Shown here one piece after another: positions 1-16,281 of a stretch of DNA of 64,000 nt. The DNA lies in the NCBI RefSeq assembly GCF_009914755.1, contig NC_060943.1, one strand, 5' to 3'. A program made the position numbers and the translations under genes. The notes beneath the pieces were generated by a model. The model was not told where the DNA came from. It saw only the letters and a program-made list of their open reading frames with translations, and ran no database searches. How positions within the stretch are numbered: the stretch's first letter is position 1; each line of letters starts with the position of its first letter. Source of the stretch: the human T2T-CHM13v2.0 reference genome, Homo sapiens.

Positions 1-1191
1 GCTCCCAGATCTAGGACAGAACTGAACAAGTAAACAGGGTTTGGAGAAGCCAGGGAGGCTGGGGTGGGGGGGCCAGGGGGTGGGCAGGGAAGCAAAAGGA
101 GAATCAGCAGGGTGGAGGGCCCTAGATTGTGCCAGACAGGGGCCACTCCAGCTGCTGCAGGAGTGACTTCACTCACCCTCCCGGGGTTATGCACCTGCCA
201 CCTCCCAGACATCCCCAGCCCCGCATCTCCCTGCACAATGCCTGCTCTGATTCTCCTTGCAGCCAGGGTGAGAGGCAGTCAGCGAACAATGCTATCTGCA
301 CGTGGTGGCGCCCAAAATACGGCTGTCATTTATTTCGTTATATGAAATTAGAGCACGCCTTGTAGCCATAATGAATCATTTCCTTCCTGCCTGGGCCACG
401 GTGTCAGGCAGGAGCTCGGCATCCCCCATTCAGGGCCTTTCACTTCATCGCAGGCTAATAATAACCCACGCGGGTGAACACACATCTTCCCGAGACAATG
501 GAGGGCCTGGATGGGCATTGGGGTCATGAGTGCAGTGCCCACAGCAGGAGGGGAGAAGGGCCGGGATGGGGCCTGGGCTGGACACTGTGGCTGAAGGAAG
601 ACAGTGCCCATGGGGAGGGGAAGGAAGGCATCTGGGTGGGCACCCCAAGTGGGAGCTGGGGCACCCAGGTCCCTTTTCTAGCTGATCCCCTCAACAAGGA
701 CAGGAAATAGCTCCCTCCCCCAACCCCCAGCTATTCTACCAGGATTTTTTCCCAATCATGCCTAGGTCCAGCTCAGAGGCCCTAACCAGAGCCCTCCACA
801 GCTGGCCTCACTCTTCACTCAGCCCCCAATTTTCAAAGCACTGGCTCCTTCCACAGCTTCATCCCAGCCCCATCCTGGCCTGGGGATCCCAGGAGCCACC
901 CCCTGCAGCACTGTCTCACCTCACATCCCTGCCTCATGCAGGCTCTGCAGTAGCAGGTGCTCAGCAAATGGATGAGTGTGTCCTGATGGAGCCAAGTCCC
1001 CGGGTAGCTCCCGCTGGGGCTATGACCTGGGAGCTTCATCCGGCCCTGGACAGCAGATGCAGACCCAGGTCCTGCCCTATAGGGCCCGCCCCACCCCCTA
1101 GGTTAAAGGCAAGTCCAGACCATGGGAAAACCATCCTCCCAGACCCTGTGATTATTGTTCGTCTCTTATCCTGAGTATAACCCATAAGGCA

Positions 1192-1490
1192 TTTTATTTT
1201 ATTTTATTGAGACAAGCTCTCAATTCATCTCCCAGGGTGGAGAGCAGTGGCACACTCAAAGCTCACTGCAGCCTCCAATTCCTGGGCTCAGGTGATCCTC
1301 CTGCCTCAGCCTCCCTAGTAGCTGTGACTACAGGTGCTCACCGCCACCACACCTGGCTAATTTTTTATTATTATTTATAGAGACAGGGTCTCACTATGCT
1401 GCCCAGGCTGGTCTCAAACTGCTGGCCTCAAGTGATCCTCCTGCCTCGGCTTCCCAAAATACTGGGGTTACAGGCGTACATGCCCTGCCT
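1192..1490 (-). mobile_element. AluJ-type SINE
   Basis: Reverse-complement Alu dimer with T-rich tail at 1192; TSD cataaggc(a/c)tttt at 1183 and 1491. Confidence 0.95.
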
Positions 1491-1718
1491 CATAAGGCCT
1501 TTTCATCACCATCTCCCCAGGAGTAAGCACACTATCTGTCAGTTTTTCTGAATGAAAGAATAAATGAATGAGGGTCAAAGGCCATATGCTAAATGGTATG
1601 GAGGAAACTCCAGGATGAGAGTGACCAGAGAAGGGAGGCTGGTCCCGGGGGAGGTGAGTAGAGGGAATGGCAGGCACACCTGGCCCAGGAGCCTTTGCCT
1701 TTCCTCTTCTGGTTTCAG

Positions 1719-1758
1719 GCGGCTATGAGCAGCATTGCCTCTTCCCCATGGATGCCTG
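1719..1758 (+). other. Candidate exon 1 of a predicted spliced 146-aa ORF (ATG at 1725)
   Basis: Acceptor tttgcctttcctcttctggtttcag|G; donor CTG|gtgcgt; reads AAMSSIASSPWMP and ends in phase 1. Confidence 0.35.
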
Positions 1759-1794
1759 GTGCGTACAACCCCACTAAACGGCACTTGTGCACCT

Positions 1795-1857
1795 TGCAGC
1801 CTCCAATTCCTGGGCTCAGGCGATCCTCCTGCCTCAGCCTCCCAAGTAGCTGTGACT
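1795..1857 (-). repeat. 63-bp Alu fragment copied from the Alu at 1267-1329
   Basis: 61/63 identical to 1267-1329 and shares non-consensus bases (ctccaattcc, ctcagg, agctgtgact). Confidence 0.85.
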
Positions 1858-1859
1858 CA

Positions 1860-2280
1860 TCTCTGCACCCTAGCCTACTCCGTGCTGTGTCTCTGAAGAA
1901 TTCTGCCCATTCCTGCCTCAGGGCCCACTTAAGAGGCTGTTCCCTCTGCCCAGAACTGCTTTCTCCTTCCCTTCTCCTCCTGATCCCCACCACGCAGCCC
2001 ATGTCCTTCTGTGGGGAAGCCTCCTGACTTTCCATCCTACTGAGTCCCCAATTACATGACCTCACAGCTCCCAGCACTTATCCTGCACCTGACTACACAC
2101 ACCAGGCAGTGACTAGTTCCTGCTGGGAGATCCCATCTTGTCAATTTCCCTGGAAGGATCAGCCCCGTAGAAGGTGGCCCTGTGTCTGTTTTGCTCACCA
2201 CTGCCCCTCTTACACCAACCACAATACCAGATGCACAGGATGTCCTCATTAAATGTTTTCTGATTAAGAAAATGAATTAA
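1860..2280 (+). mobile_element. L2 LINE 3' remnant
   Basis: L2-like ...tgtgtctgttttgctcaccactg...ctcattaaatgttttctgatt..aatgaat end. Confidence 0.7.
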
Positions 2281-2571
2281 TCCCATAACAAGAAACTCAT
2301 CAAATCCCAAGGCAGCCCACTCTACTTTGTTAATAGCCTGTGTTGTTTGTCTTTGTGAACCATGGACAAAAAAAATGAAAAAAAAAATTCATTCCTATTA
2401 TTTAAATTCATTCCTATTATTTAAACATTAAAATTAAAATGCAGATAACTGTATTAATATTTTTGTGTATTTCCATCCAGTTTTCTATATGAACTTTTTA
2501 CATAATTGAGATCCTATGTAAGAAGGGATTTTCTATCCTCTTTATCCTACAATATAATAAGTGCTTGTGAA

Positions 2572-3200
<629 letters not shown>

Positions 3201-3456
3201 AAGCTTTAAAAAAAGTGTTTATGAAAGTTGGCAAAACTTAATAAATATTATTTTACTGTATCATACTTTATTCTTTTCTTAATGATTCCCCTATAAAACA
3301 CTTAAGTGTTTTTTCAGTATTTTAAGCAATATTGCAATGAACATCTGTGTAGAAAATGTTCCCATTTTTTAAATTGTCTTCTTAGATTCCATTTTTGACG
3401 TGGACACATTGGGTGAAAGCTGATGAACATTTTAAATTTCTTGATAGTATTTCTAA

Positions 3457-3861
<405 letters not shown>

Positions 3862-4102
3862 TAATCTTTCCTGATTTGTCAGGGAAACAAAGAAGTATTA
3901 CTTAGTTTCACACTCCTTTTTTGTGTGTTTGTGAATTACCTATATACATGTTTTCCCAACTTCATTAGATAGCCTATTCCATCAGAGAGCTCTGTCTGAA
4001 GAGCTTTAAGCTGAGCCATGAAGGAAGAGAAGCATATTCATAGAAACACAAAAGAAGATGGCATTTTTGGCAGCAAACTTTGTCATTAAAAGGTACTTTC
4101 CT

Positions 4103-4774
<672 letters not shown>

Positions 4775-4978
4775 TCACATCTGCCTGGGACACTGCAGAG
4801 GCATCTCTCACCCATAGATGGGGCACTCAGTGCTGAAGCAGACGTCTGTCCCAAAGATCCAGATCCCACCCCTGCACATTTTGGCTGAATCACTTCCCGT
4901 CATTCCAAGCAGAGGAAGATCCAAAAATTCTCACCTCCATAGTTTGAACAGCTAATTTGCTTTTTGTTCTTGTTGCAG

Positions 4979-5032
4979 TGAGTACATTGTCACGGGCAGA
5001 AATGCTAGCTCATACACCAAAAGGAAGAAAAT
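4979..5032 (+). other. Candidate exon 2 (54 nt, phase 1-1)
   Basis: Branch-like ctaat, then ttgctttttgttcttgttgcag| acceptor; AAT|gtaagt donor; open as (V)STLSRAEMLAHTPKGRK. Confidence 0.45.
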
Positions 5033-5161
5033 GTAAGTAATCCCTAATTCTAGCCTTTGTTCTACATATAGGTAACAGAGATCATATTTTTAAATCATTG
5101 TTCAATATATTCGCATGCTCTGTAAGCCATGGTTTAGGAGGCAGGAAGATTGATGTTTTAG

Positions 5162-5892
<731 letters not shown>

Positions 5893-6349
5893 CACCACAA
5901 CAAGGCTCAGCAGTGACTTCCAAATTAGATTTGGAAGATCAGTAGACTTAACTCCAGGCTTCGTTGGCGAAAAAATGTTCTAGATTTCCCTCACGATACC
6001 TGGAGCATAGAGTTCCATCCAGGCAGGAAGTGGAAGAAGGAAGAGCCCACCTTTTTTTGGCCCAAGGGATTTGTGGGTAGAAGGAAGGCGGAGGAAGGAG
6101 ACACACAGGAGGCATGTGAGTGCCCACGCTCCTCTCCAGATTTGACCAAGAGTAGGAGACACATGCACCAAGTTTAGGGGGATGCTGAGGACTCAGGGAG
6201 TCTCATGCCTCATGTTTAGGAACTGGAAAGAAATGCCTTTCCAGGCTGTACCACTAATCTAAGAGGAAGTGGCCATTACTGTGCAAATTCAGCAGCTCTG
6301 CATGGGTTTGCAAGTGGGATGGAAATTTACTTTCTCAAACTGCTCTCAG

Positions 6350-6592
6350 TTTCCATATGGCTTGAAAAGGGCAAAGAAGTTCTCGAGGCCCCAGAGAGAG
6401 GAAAGGAAGGTGACCAAGCTGAATTCCAGAGACCTCCCATAAAGTTATCTGAGGCAAGGACCAAAAGCCCAGGATCCAATGGCAGCACACTGAGAAACAC
6501 GGCGTGGTCTGTGAGCACCAGCAGAGACAAAACGAAGCCAGATCAGCCAAGGAGCATCCACGGGTCTTGCCCCACCAGGAAGTTCAGACTAT
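6350..6592 (+). other. Candidate exon 3 (243 nt, phase 1-1, fully open)
   Basis: Acceptor ttactttctcaaactgctctcag|; donor TAT|gtatgt; lies within ORF 6319-6675. Confidence 0.35.
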
Positions 6593-6950
6593 GTATGTCT
6601 AGGCTCAGTTATGCTGCAGTAACAAGCAACCCTGGGTTCCAGGTCTGTGTGCTATCCCCACTCTACATCCACTGAAGGGTGGCTGGAGGTTCTGCCCAAT
6701 GTTGCCCTCACTGAGGGACACAGGAGCAGCCCCCATCTAAATCATAACTAGTCACCTTGGCAGGGGGAAGGGAATCAGGAGGGTCATGGACCAGCACTCA
6801 AAGACTTCCACAGAAATGTGGGTCATCATCTCAGCTCAGGCTTCACTGGCCAAAGTGTGTCACGTGGCCATGCCTAACTCCACACTAATGCAAAAGTGCA
6901 GTCCTAGCCTGTGGCTAGATGGAAGAAGCCAGAAATATTGGGGAGCAACA
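6592..6950 (-). mobile_element. MLT1 (ERVL-MaLR) solo LTR, J/K-like
   Basis: ttatgctgcagtaacaa...cactggccaaagtgtgtcacgtggccatgcctaac...ccagaaatattgg. Confidence 0.75.
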
Positions 6951-7089
6951 AGTTTCAGTAAATGTCAGCAGGTGCTAGATGGGACAGTCATGTTGGACCA
7001 GCCACTCTGCCTCAGAGAAAACAGGGATTCAAATATTTCATCTTTTCCCCTTTGTCACTGAGTCCTGTGAGCCCCCTACCCCCACACAG

Positions 7090-7199
7090 ACAGTCATCTT
7101 CTTGAAGAAAGTCCAGTGAAAAGGACCCAAGTGCCTGCCTTATATTCCACTTTCCAGATTAGACTAAAATTTAGGAGTTTTATTCCCCATGGGTCTTGA
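7090..7199 (+). other. Candidate terminal coding exon 4 (to TGA 7197-7199)
   Basis: Acceptor gccccctacccccacacag|; phase 1 start reads (Y)SHLLEESPVKRTQ...PHGS*. Confidence 0.3.
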
Positions 7200-7624
7200 A
7201 GAAGACAGAGCAGTTTGAGAAATGAAGAAGTCATGTGTTTCTTACACATTGAAGTGTAGTGTTAGCAAATTTGCAAACTCACTACACAGACTTTTTTTAC
7301 AAAATAGGATCATACTATTTATTTGCACTATTTTACCTGCTTTGTTCCATTATTAATAGACAGAGAATTTTTTTCCACTAATATTCTTGAATATTTCCAC
7401 AGCTTCCCATTGACTGTATATGCCAGGGGTCTCTAAGCATGACCTTCTTGTAGGGACTCCGGAGTCATATTCATAGCAAAAACTCAAATTTCATTGACTC
7501 TTACACCCATGTGCTGGTGCATATGACTCTTACACCCATATGCTGTTGCCATCATTTTTAACTTATTATTTAATATTTGGGTGGTTTCTAATTTTTTATG
7601 TTAAAAAATTATGTCACAATATCT

Positions 7625-7968
7625 GGTAAAATGACATATGCATTTACCTTTTGACACAGCAATTTCACTTCTAGGAATCTAACAAAAGATATAGGAGCAA
7701 AAATGCAAAATGTTGAAACACAGTGTTATTCGTTGCAACACATTTGTGCTAGCAAAAGACTGGAAACAACTCAAGTGTCTCTCAATAATGAGCTAGTTGG
7801 ATAAACTATGGTATATGCAAAAAAAGTAGACTGCTGTGCCACTTTAGAAAGGAATAAAAATCTCTCTATATACTGATATGGAGTTACCTCCCAGGTATAT
7901 TATTAAACAAAAAGCAAGGTGGAGGAAAGTGATTTTTGTATGGTTTCATTTATCTAAGAAAGGAAGCA

Positions 7969-8006
<38 letters not shown>

Positions 8007-8190
8007 ACTTATATTTTTAAAATTAAAAACCAAACCAATACTTTAAAAAATAATTGTCTGTAGATTCAGAAGGAACAGAATGGAGAACAAAGGGATAGAA
8101 GTGAACATCTCTGAACATTATTAGTGTTATTGATTTGACTTTGAACCCATGAAATATTTTACATAATTTTAAACAAAATTAGGTTTTTTA
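7625..8190 (+). mobile_element. Old L1 (L1MC4-like) 3' region, resuming at about 14025-15000
   Basis: tttgacacagcaatttcacttctaggaatct...gactggaaacaactcaagtgtc...ggataaactatggtatat. Confidence 0.7.
7970..8003. repeat. (CA)n microsatellite
   Basis: Direct reading. Confidence 0.95.
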
Positions 8191-8194
8191 ATCC

Positions 8195-11100
8195 TTTCCA
8201 GAAAGATGAAACAGGCAATACTTTTTCCTATTCCTCCCACTAAATACAATCAAAAATCCTGAACATTGTATATAAAACAAACATAATAATTCTCTGAATA
8301 TAAAACAGACATAAGAATTTTCTGAAAAATGGAAAAACTATGGCAGAGTGGTTGGGGACCTCAAGACCCAAGGAATAACATAGGAGTCAGCTCCTTGGGT
8401 TTTCTTTTTGCTTCATATATGCTGAACCTACAACTGAAGAAATTAGAAATCTGGAAACAACAATAGACACAGATGACAAAAACAAAAAACAAAATAAAAC
8501 AAAATGCTCTCTCTAGCCAAAGGAGCAGAAAAGAAGCAGCCTAGAAAGTCAGAAAACTTTTAGACAGTAACCACACTACTCCAGCCAAATACCACAGAAA
8601 AAAAGCCTTGTGGTCCCACTCCATTAAAGGCCTGATGAAGAGTCTAGACTCTCACCCTCGCAAGGAAACCCAACATCCATGCTGAGCTGATGTCAGAAAA
8701 GGCCAAGTGTGGAGTCTCCTTCCCCACTGGCCTCCATCCCCCAACAGTATCAGTGGAGGAGTAGCAGGATCATATTCTCTCAGATGTCAACTGAGGCAAA
8801 GTGGGGAACCTGGAGGAAGATTGTATTTGTATCAGATAAAATAGAATTCAGGGAAAATAAAATTCCCAGATACAGAGAGAGACATCGTAATAATGATAAA
8901 AGGGTTAATCCATCAAGAAGACATACCAATCCTAAATGTGTGTGCACCAAACAAAAAAGCTGCAAAATGCATGAAGCCAAAACTGATGGGAAGCACCTCC
9001 CTTACCCTACCAGAGTAGTAGCAGAAAAAAACCATCTAGACCACAAGCTCTAAGTAAGATTCAAAGTCTCATAATATAACACAAGTTCCCGTTTCAATTT
9101 AAAAATCACTCATGCTGTAAAAAGGAAGGTCACAAACTGCATAAAAATGACAATCAGATGCTAACATCAATATGACAGAATTACGTTAGAATTATCTAAC
9201 AAATATTTTAAAGTAGTCATAATAAAAGTGCTTGAGTGAGAAATTACAAACACACTTGAAACAAATGGAGTAGAAAAGAGTCTCGACAAAGAAATAAATG
9301 ACATAGAGAAGAGCCAAATGGAAATTTTAGAACTCAAAAATACAATAACCAAATTTTAACTCAGTGACTGAGCCAAAAAGCATAATGAAGGAGACAGAAG
9401 AAAATATCAGTGAAGTGGAAGAGAAAATAATGGAAATTATCCATTTGAACAACAGAGAGAAAAAACAGACTGAAAAAAATAACACCACCTCAGGGACCTG
9501 TGGGATTACAACAAAAAACATAAGATTTATTTTATCAGAGCCTTGAAATGAGAGGAGAAAGAGGATGGGACTGAAAAGTACTCAACCAAAGAGTGGCTGA
9601 AAATGTCTCTGAGTTATTGAGACATAAATCTACAGATTCAAAGAGCTGAGTTCACCCAAACAAGATAAATGCAAAAAATTCCATACAAAGACACATCATA
9701 ATTAAATTTTTGGAAACTAAAGACAAATACAAAAACATACAAAAAGAAAAAAAAGAGAGAGAACATGCTAGTACATGGGGAAAGCAATTAGAATAACAGT
9801 AGATTTCTCATCAGAAATCATGGAGACCAGCAGAAGTGGCAATGTGTTTTTCAAGTACTGAAAGAACTGCCTACCCGGAATCCTATATCCAGCAAAAACA
9901 TACTTTAGTAATTAAGGGAAAAGCAAGACATTGGCCAATGAAGGAAAACTAAGAGAAGTTGTCTCTAGCAGACCTACTCTAAAAGAATGTCTAAAGGGAG
10001 TTCTATAAACAGAAAGGATGTGAGAAAAAGTCTTGGAAGAGAAAAAGAGAGAGAGAGGAGAGGTAGGAAGGAGAGGAGGGGAGGGGAGGGAAGGCAGGCA
10101 GACAAGAAACAAAAATATGGGTAAATTAAAAAGGCTCCCCTTCTTTTGAGTTGTCCAAATTATGTTTGATGGTTGAAGTAAAAATTATAACACTTTTTAT
10201 GTGGTTCTAAATGTATGCAGAAAAATATTAAAGACAATGACATTAAAAGTGAGGAAGATAAAAATACTTAAAGGGAGATAATGTTTCTATACTTCATTCA
10301 AATTGATGAGATGACAACAGCAGGATTCTGATAAGTTATGTATAAATAACACAATACCTAGAGCAACCACTAAAAAAAATTATACAAAGAGCTGACTCTT
10401 AAAAATACTACAGATAAAAATGAATTCTAAAGAAAAGTTCAAGTAACCCACAGGAAGATAGGAAAATAACAGAGAAGCAAACCGCAGAACGAAAACAAAC
10501 AAAAAGCAATGGCTGAATTAATATCTAACATTTCAATAATTCTATTAAATGTAAATGTCCTAATTATACCAATTTAAAAATATGGCAGAGATGGATTTAA
10601 AAATAAGACCCAGCTACATGCTTTCTCAAATAAACTCACTTCAAATATAACAATATAAGCAGGTTCAAAGCAAAAGGATGGGAAAGATAAATCACACAAA
10701 CATTGATCAAAGGAAAGCAGTACTTATATTAATATCAGATAAAATAGACTTTGGAACAAAGAAAATTACCAGAGTCAGAGAAAGAAGATATATAATGATA
10801 AAATGGTTAATACACCAGAAAGAAGTAGCAACTCTAAATGTCTATACACCAAACAAAGGAGCTGAAAACATCACAAGCAAAAACTGACAGAGCTGAAAGG
10901 AGAAGCACACAAATCCACAGTTATACACAGTTGGGTATTTTAAGTTCCTTCTCTCAACAATTAGAAAAATCAACAAGGCCACAGAATAGTTCAACAACAC
11001 TATCCACCAGCAAGAATTAATCAACATTTATAAAGTAGTTCACCCAACAACAGAAGAATACATATTCTTTTCATCTGTCTATGGAATATATATAAAAATA

Positions 11101-14010
11101 GATTATGCCCTGGTTTATAAAACAAACCTCAGCAAATTTGAAAGAATTTAAATTATACAGAGTGTGCTCTCCAACCACAATGGAATCAAATGGAAATAAT
11201 AACAGAAAGATAACCAAAAAATCTCCAAACACTTGGAAACTAAACAACACACTTCTAAATAATCCATGGGCTGAGCAGGAAGTCTTAGAAGAAATAAAAG
11301 CAAAAATACATTGAACTGATTAAAATAAAAATACAACATAACAGAAGTGACAGAACACAGCTAAAGCAGTGCTGAGAGGGAAATTCATTGTATTAAGTGT
11401 GTACATTAGAAAAGAAGAAATTTCTTAGTTCAATAATCTAAGCTCTCACCTCGAGAACCTAGAAAAGAGCAAAATAAACCCAAAGCAAGCAAAATGAAGG
11501 AAGTAATAAAGAGTAGAAATAAACGAAATTGAAAACAGAAAAACCACAGAGAAAATCAACAAAACAAAATCTTTCTTTGGAAGGATTAATAAAATTGACA
11601 AACTTCTAGCAAAACCAGCAAATTAGAAAGAGAAAAAAATACAAATTACCAATATCAAGACTAAAAGAGATAATATCACCACAAAGCCTGCTGACATCAA
11701 AAGAATAATAGGGAAATATAATACTGTGAACAACTTTATACATGTAAATTTGACAACTGAAACAAAATGGATCAATTCCTTAAAAACACAAGTTACCATA
11801 ACTCACCCAATATGAAAAAGATAATGTAAATAGCCCTATACTGATTAAGAACTATGAATTTGTAATTTTAAAGCTCCCAAAAAGGAAATCTCCAGGCCCA
11901 GATGGTGTCACTGCTGAATTCTATCAAACGTTTAAAGAAGATTAGCACCATTCTATACAATCTTTTCCAGAAAATACAAAAGCAGAACACTTCTTAATTT
12001 ATATTATGAAGTTAGTGTTACCTCGATAACAAAAGTAAATGACTGTGCAAATAGAAAAAAAAACAAAGCTACATGAATATAGATGCAAAAATCCTTCACA
12101 AACATTAGCAAATAGAATTCTGCCATATATAAAAAGAGTTACACAAAACCACATGTGGTTTATTTCATGAATGCAAGACTTGTTCAATATTAGAAAATCA
12201 ACCAATGTAATCCACCATTTTAGCAGGCTCAAAAATAAAATCATATGATGATATTATTTCTCTGTACAAGCAGTATACATGTACAGACAATTACACAATG
12301 CTGATGAAATAAATCAAAATAAATGGGGATATGTACCATGTTCATGAAATAGAAGATTTAATATAATAAAGAAGTCTATTCTCAAACTGATATACAGGTT
12401 TAATGCAATTCTATCAAAAGCCCAGAATGTTTTTTGTCTGTATATATAGACAATATTGTTCCAAAATTTATTTTGAAAACAAAGGATCTAGCATAGCTAA
12501 AATGGTTTTGGAAAGGGGGAATAAAATGGAAGAAATCAGTCTACCCACTATCAAGACTTACTATGTTACCATGGTTATCAAGGCTGGGTGGTCCTGGCAA
12601 AGGAAAAGACATATAGATGAAGGGAACACAAAAGAGAACACAGAAATAGACCCACACAAAATACCCAACAAATTTTTTACAAAGGCACAAAAGCAACTTA
12701 ATGAAGGAAAGATAGAGCCTTTTTAACCAATGGTGCTGGAGCAATTGTACGTCCATAGGTTAAAAAAAATGAAACTTGATCTATGTTTCACACTTTATAA
12801 AATAATTAACTCAAATTGATCACTGGCTTAAATGTAAAACTCTAAAACTTCTAGTAGAAAACATTGGAGAAAATCTTCAGCATCTAAGACTAGGCAAAGA
12901 GTTCTTAGACTTGACACAAAAAGCATGATCCCTAAATGGAAAATTTGATTAAAATGCACTTCACCAAAATTAAAAGGTTTTGCTTTTCAAAAGACCATGG
13001 TAAGAGAGTAAAAAGCAAGCTACACACCAACAGAAAATATTTGCAATCACGTATCTGACAAAGGACTAGTATCTAGACTAGAGAAAACTCTAAACACTCA
13101 ACAATTTAAAAAATTTTTAAACAACAATTCAACTAGAAAATAGGCAAAATAAAAAAAACATGAATAGACATTTCACCACAGGGGAAATATAGATGCTAAA
13201 TAAACACAAGAAAAGTTATCATCATTAGCCATTAGGGAAATGCAGATTAAAGCCACAATGGATATTGCTACCCACATGCCAAAATGTCTTTTGAGTGACA
13301 TCACCAAATGCTAATGAGGATGCAGAGAAATTAGATCACTTTTACACTGTTGGTAGGAAATTAAAACGGTAAGCCATTCTGAAAAACAGTTTGGCAATTT
13401 CTTAAATAACTAAATATGCAAATACCATCTAACACAACAATTGCAACACCTGGGCACGTATCTCAGAGAAATGAAAACTTAGGTTCACAGAAGAACCTTT
13501 ACACAAATGCTTAGCTTTATTCACGATAGCCAAAAACTGGAAACAACCTAGATGTCCTTCAGTGAGTGAATCATTAGGCAAACCGTGGTCCGTCCGTGCT
13601 ATAGAATACTACGCAGCAATGAAAAGCAACAGCTTGAATCATGTTCCTGAGAATGATGCTTAGGGGAAAAAGCCAATCCCAAAAAGTTACAGACTATGTG
13701 ATTCCATTTATTTAACATTCTTGAAATGATAAAATTATAGAAATAGAGAACAGATTGGTGGTTGCCAGGGGTTAAGGAGTGATTTGGGAGGAAATAGTTG
13801 TGGCTATAAAAGAGCAACATAAGACATCCTCCTGGTGAAGGAAGTTTTCTGTATTCTGCCTATAGCAATGTCAACATTCTGATTCTGACAGAGTACTGTA
13901 GTTTGGCATGGTGTTACCATTGGGGGAAACTGGGTAAAGGGTACATGGGATCTCTCTGTACTATTTCTTACAACTGTACATGGATTTCCAATTATCACAA
14001 AATAAAAAGA
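8195..14010 (+). mobile_element. Near full-length decayed L1 (L1MC1/2-type 3' end): 5'UTR, ORF1, ORF2 remnants, RT core deleted near 12250
   Basis: ORF1 coiled-coil remnant (TEENISEVEEKIMEII); EN motif ILISDKIDF...IMIK...LNVYTPN; NTWKLNNTLLNNPW; 3' end ...gttaccattgggggaaactgggtaaagggtacatgggatctctctgtac...aaaataaaaag. Confidence 0.9.
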
Positions 14011-14024
14011 TTGATTTTTTTAAA

Positions 14025-15000
14025 ATAAAGATCAAGGTAACCAAATAGTTAACGATGGGAAACTCCTCTTTAAGAACTATTCCGGCTAATGAGTTAAGAA
14101 GGGGTGATAGAATATAACCATGTTGCAGCCTTAATAAAATAATAGATCTAGATTAGATTTTATTCCTTGAGACCAATGGGCCTTCTGGTCATCTGAAGAG
14201 TATGGACCCCCTCTAAAAATAATGAAATGAAGTAAAATGAAATACGTAAGTTACAAACTCTTGAAGTATGATTATCAAAATATTTCACAAAAAACAAATT
14301 TGTGACATAACAATAGATGTGCATCCTTATGTACTTATCAATAACAAATTCTAGTGGAGGGTTTAATAATTTTAAAGTGGAGAGGAGCACAAATTATATT
14401 TCAAGATGCCTGCAATAGCTATAATGCTATATGGAAATATCTGTGACTTCTACTGGTGACATAGTCGCAGGATATGCAAGATACAGAGGAACATGTTAAA
14501 TGGCACAAAAACAATACAATCAGCAAAATCAAGTCTGTGGGAAACCCAACGGTGCAATTCATCCAGCCCCTTCAACAAATTCCAAGGGAAAAAGAGAGTG
14601 GGGGAGGAAAACAGAGATTAAAAGAGATGAGATGCATCAACCAGTTGCCAAGGGTGGACTTTATCTCATTCAAACAAAAGAAAAAAAGAAAGATTATGAG
14701 ACAAGTAGGAGAAATTAAATATCAACTGAATATTTGACAATATTAAGGAATTTTTGTTTATTTTAAAGTGAGATAAAGGTATTGTGACTTGCTTTCTTAA
14801 GGAGCCCTTATCTTTTAGAGATGCCTTCTGAATTATTGATGGATGAAATAATGCGATATCTGAGACCTGCTTCCAATCACCTGGGAGAGAGGAGGGGACC
14901 CAGGAGTTGACAACCATTGAAGCTGAGTAACAGGGTACAGGAGTCCATTTTTCTGTTCATGCTACTTTTACGCAATTTTTCACTTTTCTATAATAAAAAG
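14025..15000 (+). mobile_element. Continuation of the L1MC4-like 3' UTR, containing a hAT insert
   Basis: caatcagcaaaatcaagtctgtgggaaac...aatattaaggaattttt...ccttatcttttagagat...ctataataaaaag. Confidence 0.65.
14165..14472. mobile_element. hAT-Charlie fragment (MER119/Charlie7-like)
   Basis: ataatgctatatggaaatatctgtgacttctactggtgacatagtcgcagg. Confidence 0.6.
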
Positions 15001-15192
15001 CCAAAAACAAACCTGTAATGAGCATCATTGTATGTGAATCTTTGTTTTCATCCAGGATTAATTACCTACAGACATTTCCTAATAGTGGAATTGTGGGTTT
15101 TAAGGATGTGAACATCTTAAAGTTTTTGAAATGCATTGCTTGAGTGAGCTAGTGGAACAGGGAAAAATAGAGTAGCTCAAGGACTCTCCTAG

Positions 15193-15492
<300 letters not shown>

Positions 15493-15979
15493 GAATGTTT
15501 CTAGAGGTAAGGCTTGTCTTCCTCCACCCTACCTCTCCTCCTCTTTGCCCAGATGTACCCTTCCTCTATGGAAGAAACCAAATTTTAGCCAGCACTCAAA
15601 TCCTGGTTCTCACTATTCAAATTTCTCTGTCTCTGGCACCCATCTGCTGGATGTAAAATCATGTATTCACCTAATTTTGGTGGTGGGATATCTGCATTTT
15701 GTCTGTTTCTTTCTTTTATACAAGATGTTGTAACAACACATCTGTAGTAAATTGCTGCGGTCATTTATTATTACGTCCTTGGGATAAATTCCTAGAAGAA
15801 TCTACCCAGGTCAAAAGAAAGTGTATTTTGCCCTCCTAGAAACTGTTTCTGGTTAATCCCATCAGTGCCCAGTGGCTGGTTCCTGGCTTTTACCAGGTAC
15901 CATCAAATTTACCTGCTTAAGACCTTCAGCCAGAGATGGGTCAAATTTACAAACAAACATCAGCCAATTTGGTGGGTTA

Positions 15980-16281
<302 letters not shown>

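Noticed and set aside
8709-14000. L1 ORF1/ORF2 as functional CDS
   Set aside because: Fragmented by stops and frameshifts, with the RT core deleted
15553-15660. Strong acceptor (ctctcctcctctttgcccag) as another exon
   Set aside because: No convincing donor or frame linking it to the other candidate exons
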